Part shown: one piece after another, positions 60,369 through 64,000 of the stretch | How positions within the stretch are numbered: position 1 is the first letter of the stretch | Layout of the letters: each line of letters starts with the position of its first letter | From: Candidatus Poribacteria bacterium | GTDB taxonomy: Bacteria; Poribacteria; WGA-4E; PCPOR2b | Reading direction: 5' to 3' | Length of the DNA: 64,000 nucleotides | NCBI GenBank assembly: GCA_965215015.1 | Contig: OZ244042.1 | Coordinates: 3,840,001 to 3,904,000 of the forward strand | Translations under genes and position numbers: made by a program | Notes under the pieces: generated by a model | Told to the model about the DNA's origin: nothing | The model's input: the letters and a program-made list of their open reading frames with translations, nothing else | Databases searched by the model: none

Positions 60369-61382
60369 CTAACCGCCAATCATAGACATATTTCGTTTCG
60401 GTTTGACAAAGTTCGCGGCATTAATCTGGTGTCCCGCTTCTTTCTGCTTCACCGCTTCAATAATAAGGTTCTCGATAGTTTCATCGCAGGCACCGGCGCG
60501 CAGTGGGGTCAACAGGTCGGTTTCTACAATAGAGAACAGACATGTCCGCAATTGACCGTCGGCGGTGAGACGGATCCGATTACACTGTTCGCAAAACGGC
60601 TCCGTCACGGAAGAGATAAACCCGACATCCCCCTTCCCGTCTTCAAACTCATAACGCTTTGCCGGATCATGTTTCGCATCGCCGTTCATCTCGACTGGAC
60701 TCAGGGGATAGACTGTATCAATTTTATTGATAATCTCCGCCCCCGGAATGAACATATTCCGTCCCCAGATGTCATCGGCGTCTAAGGGCATAAATTCAAT
60801 GAACCGGAGTTGGTAAGAATTATCACGGGCAAACTTTGCGAGGTCAACAATCTCATCGTCGGTGAACCCTTTCATTGCTACCGCGTTCACTTTGATTGGA
60901 TCAAACCCACAACGTTGCGCCTCTTGCAGCCCTGCTAATACCCTTGAAAGCACCTTGCGGCGCGTCATTTGCTCAAATTTTGCTTCATCTAGCGTATCAA
61001 GACTGACATTGATTCGACGAAGCCCGGCATCGTAGAGGTCTTTTGCCTGTTTGATTAAGCCAATGCCGTTTGTGGTCAAGCTGATGTCCTTCAACCCCTT
61101 GATTTCTTGGAGCCGTTTAATGAGCTCTGGCACCCCCCGACGAACCAACGGTTCTCCCCCTGTCAGTCTGACTTTATTGATTCCCAGGTCGACGAAGATA
61201 CGCGCGAGGTGAACAATTTCGTCAAACGTCATGATAGCGTCATCTTCCATGAACTGCATGTCTTCCGGCATACAGTAGATGCAGCGGAAGTTACACTGGT
61301 CAGTTACAGAGATGCGTAGGTTAGTATGCTCTCGATTGAAGCTGTCAATGAGTCGTGGGTTCGTCATTTTGTGAGTGGGCAC
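60369..61382 (-). CDS. moaA: GTP 3',8-cyclase MoaA
   Basis: CNFRCIYC, RLTGGEP, FCEQCNRIR..CLF, C-terminal MSMIGG. Confidence 0.97.
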   Translation of the reverse strand: MPTHKMTNPRLIDSFNREHTNLRISVTDQCNFRCIYCMPEDMQFMEDDAIMTFDEIVHLARIFVDLGINKVRLTGGEPLVRRGVPELIKRLQEIKGLKDISLTTNGIGLIKQAKDLYDAGLRRINVSLDTLDEAKFEQMTRRKVLSRVLAGLQEAQRCGFDPIKVNAVAMKGFTDDEIVDLAKFARDNSYQLRFIEFMPLDADDIWGRNMFIPGAEIINKIDTVYPLSPVEMNGDAKHDPAKRYEFEDGKGDVGFISSVTEPFCEQCNRIRLTADGQLRTCLFSIVETDLLTPLRAGACDETIENLIIEAVKQKEAGHQINAANFVKPKRNMSMIGG

Positions 61383-62081
61383 ACAAGGTTAATCAGTTGG
61401 GTTAAAGTTTGATTCGGCGTTAATAATAACACAAGCGACGCAGTTTTGCAAATCTTTTTATAGGTTTTTTATGTAAAATACCATAAAAAATACGACTCAT
61501 GTCAAAAGGGAGTGCCAAACGGTCAGAGCACCCGAGTTTTTGGCAAAAGCTCGGTTGCTGTTGCACAATTTCTTGAGGGATAGGCATCATTATTGTGTGA
61601 ATCACAGATTCGAGGGATTCAGCTATATTATGAAGGAAAAGGACCACTGGAATATCTACCGGGACTCAATCCAAGAAGGTATAGACCATCAGTTGACAAA
61701 TGATCTTTATGACAATTTCGCACCACACGAATCACCACACAAATGGACTCCACGGCTATCGGTCTCGTCTCAGAGACTGACCCCAACGCTTTTGGGAGAA
61801 ATAAAGGAAATTAAGTAGTACCTAGGCAATTGAACGCTCAAAACCTTGTCGTTCAGCGATTTATCGTCGTACACCGACGCCCGATGAATCGGGCTATTAC
61901 AGTAAGATCTTAGGTTGATAGTAGGGCAATTTATCAAATACCCGATGTGTTGCGCTATTGCGTTTGGTGAATTGCGCTAGAATTGTGGCGGGACACGTCG
62001 GGTATTTTGTCGAGATATGAATCTTGACCTACGGGGCCCGGAGATTACTCCGTGAGATTTCCGAGTTCAGATTCATCAAAT

Positions 62082-62636
62082 TTAACCTCCGATATCCTTT
62101 ATCATTTCAATGAGATCTGAATACACTAGATTGCCCTCGTCATCTTTCATGCTGTACCATTCGGGTACGCGTCCCACTTCTCGGTATCCAATTTTTTGAT
62201 AGAGCCGAATCGCAGCCTCGTTCAGATGCCAAACATGTAGGTAAATCCGTCGCAAACCGAGTTTTCGACCTTCCGCCTCCAAGAGCAGCATCATTTCTCT
62301 GCCTAGTCCGCGTCTGCGATACCTCCCGATGATTTTTATCCCCAGCGTTCCCATCTGATGGGCAGTGTCGAGTTGTAGGCTTCCCTCCCCAATAATCTGT
62401 CCCTCCGTTTCTATTAAGAGATGAGAGCGTTTTCCGGTTTCCAAATCGACGAGGATCCCACCCAACCTCTCACAGCCCTTGGCGAAACTCGTTCGCGCGT
62501 GGTATGCCATGACCCGCTCTTGATGCAAGATATTGCACATCTCAACATACGCAGGGACATCCTGCCATCGTGGATGGCGAAAGGTAACTGTTTCACCATT
62601 GTTTTGGACTGTCCTAATGATTTGACCTTCTTTCAC
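62082..62636 (-). CDS. GNAT family N-acetyltransferase
   Basis: YRRRGLG, N.AAIRLYQKIGY. Confidence 0.9.
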   Translation of the reverse strand: MKEGQIIRTVQNNGETVTFRHPRWQDVPAYVEMCNILHQERVMAYHARTSFAKGCERLGGILVDLETGKRSHLLIETEGQIIGEGSLQLDTAHQMGTLGIKIIGRYRRRGLGREMMLLLEAEGRKLGLRRIYLHVWHLNEAAIRLYQKIGYREVGRVPEWYSMKDDEGNLVYSDLIEMIKDIGG

Positions 62637-62810
62637 CTGAACGCCTCCATCAAATTCTGCTCATACGATACAAAATGAAACGTGAACGGATTACGCGTTA
62701 CACTTAGATTTGGGGGTATGTTAATTTAACGTAAATTGCTACTTAATAGGGAGAGCATCAACTGTTACGGATTTAATGTGCCTATATGGCAGTGGAAATG
62801 GACAAAAAGG

Positions 62811-63173
62811 TAACGTGCAATGAATTGCACTACTACGAACCAGTGGCCGCAATTACGTGTAAGGTAACGTGCAATGAGTTGCATTACGACGAACCGGTGC
62901 TCGCAATTACGTGCGAGATAACGTGCAATGAATTGCACTACGACGAACCGGTGCTCGCAATTACGTGCGAGATAACGTGCAATGAATTGCACTACGACGA
63001 ACCGGTGATCGCAACTACGTGCGAGATAACGTGCAATGAATTGCACTACTACGAACCGGTGGCCGCAACTACGTGTAAGGTAACGTGCAATGAATTGCAT
63101 TACTACGAACCGGTGTCCGCAACTATGTGCGAGATAACGTGCAATGAATTGCACTACTACAAACCGGTGATCG
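62811..63173. repeat. Tandem array of 54-bp units (6 full + 1 partial), each with a GTAG-type REP palindrome
   Basis: Units start at 62811, 62865, 62919, 62973, 63027, 63081, 63135; core GTGCAA-TGAA-TTGCAC-TACTAC. Confidence 0.95.
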
Positions 63174-63286
63174 AGGGGGGGGGGCAGCGCAGTGGCAATC
63201 CTGATTTATCGGGGGTGCCTGACCTACGGGTATGTGTGCAGGTTACGGCATACGGCGTATGCCTACTGCTAGCGGCCTCGGTTAAT

Positions 63287-64000
63287 TTAATCTGCCACAT
63301 CACCGAAGTTTTCAATGCTGGCAGGCAGCTTGCCATCGGGTAGATAGAATTCGTCTTGGATGTTTACAGGCACCGGTTGATGGGTCCGCATTGATTCGAG
63401 TGCCTTCTCAAAGATGAGCGTTGGCACGCAAGCTTCCCACGCATCCATCGGGCTTGGACCGCCCTCAAGGCACAATCGGGCGAACATACCCATTTCCTGG
63501 TCGAAGCCGTTATGATACTCGTTGTGCTCGATGCCGGGCTCGTCAGTGCCTTGGAACACAAGGTTTCCGAAGCGAATCGTTGCCGCACTTACGGATCCAG
63601 CCAGGACCTCGGCGTAGTGTTTGGGGAGTGCACCGCCGCTGCCGACAGTGCTGAAAACGGAAGTTCCAATCCCGCCGTTGGCGAAGCGAATAATGATTGT
63701 GCTGGTGTTTGTCGGTTGCCCGTCGTATCCCATGGCAAGAATCTCCGCCGGTTGCGAACGCATAACATGCCAAATCCAGTGGAGATTGTAGCCGGAATTG
63801 TCAAGGATACCGTCGCGGCCGTAGGGGCCTTCGGGATCGTTCGGTTTTTCGTAAGAGACGCGGCAGGTAAAGAGGGTATAGTACGGGTGAGGGATGACCT
63901 CGCGCAGCCGTTTCGTTACCGGCGAATGCTTGAACCACCAACCGCTCATCAGTTGCACCCCTGACTCATGCACAGCTTTCTGAACCCGTCGCCCCTCATT
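63287..64000 (-). CDS. Gfo/Idh/MocA family oxidoreductase, C-terminal part (runs off window end)
   Basis: Frame open to 64000; RFANGGIG, EM..FA..C..G, ALES..T..PV. Confidence 0.7.
   Translation of the reverse strand, partial: NEGRRVQKAVHESGVQLMSGWWFKHSPVTKRLREVIPHPYYTLFTCRVSYEKPNDPEGPYGRDGILDNSGYNLHWIWHVMRSQPAEILAMGYDGQPTNTSTIIIRFANGGIGTSVFSTVGSGGALPKHYAEVLAGSVSAATIRFGNLVFQGTDEPGIEHNEYHNGFDQEMGMFARLCLEGGPSPMDAWEACVPTLIFEKALESMRTHQPVPVNIQDEFYLPDGKLPASIENFGDVAD

Noticed and set aside
61383-62081. Moco riboswitch or coding ORFs upstream of moaA
   Set aside because: No Moco/Tuco consensus recognised; the short ORFs overlap repeat elements
62811-63173. CRISPR array
   Set aside because: The sequences between palindromes are near-identical rather than unique spacers, and there are no cas genes in the window
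62765-63343. Cys/His repeat ORFs (62786..63343 + and 62765..63154 -) as real proteins or RiPP precursors
   Set aside because: Openness follows from a 54-bp stop-free unit; no synonymous bias favours either frame and no clear RBS is seen
346-63964. Numerous short antisense or alternate-frame ORFs in the track
   Set aside because: They overlap well-supported genes or repeats and lack motifs; treated as shadow ORFs

Overview
Bacterial chromosomal window. It is possibly from a Candidatus Poribacteria-like organism; this is an inference from gene families and repeat style, not shown. Almost all intact genes lie on the minus strand. Housekeeping and metabolic genes include pcm, an HhH-GPD glycosylase, ureEFG, an apionolactonase-like catabolic trio, amidohydrolases, ftsX, moxR, dnaE, a metal-uptake trio led by a CxxC...RAPP leader peptide, an extended SUF Fe-S cluster and moaA. 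Three accessory patches interrupt them. (1) About 6.6-10.9 kb is a decayed integrative element: MTase and primase-polymerase fragments, a frameshifted tyrosine recombinase, a structured leader and broken cargo genes. (2) About 17.2-20.2 kb is a type I R-M relic whose middle is occupied by a Schlafen/AlbA_2 protein and a HEPN-MNT pair. (3) About 21.9-25.6 kb holds a DNA amino-methyltransferase followed by a fusion of an archaeal-type tRNA-guanine transglycosylase domain with an ArcS-motif domain. This third patch is the best candidate for an undescribed DNA-modification or defence system. Intergenic DNA is dense with several families of REP/MITE-like repeats, including a 54-bp tandem palindrome array. 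No rRNA, tRNA or CRISPR array was recognised.
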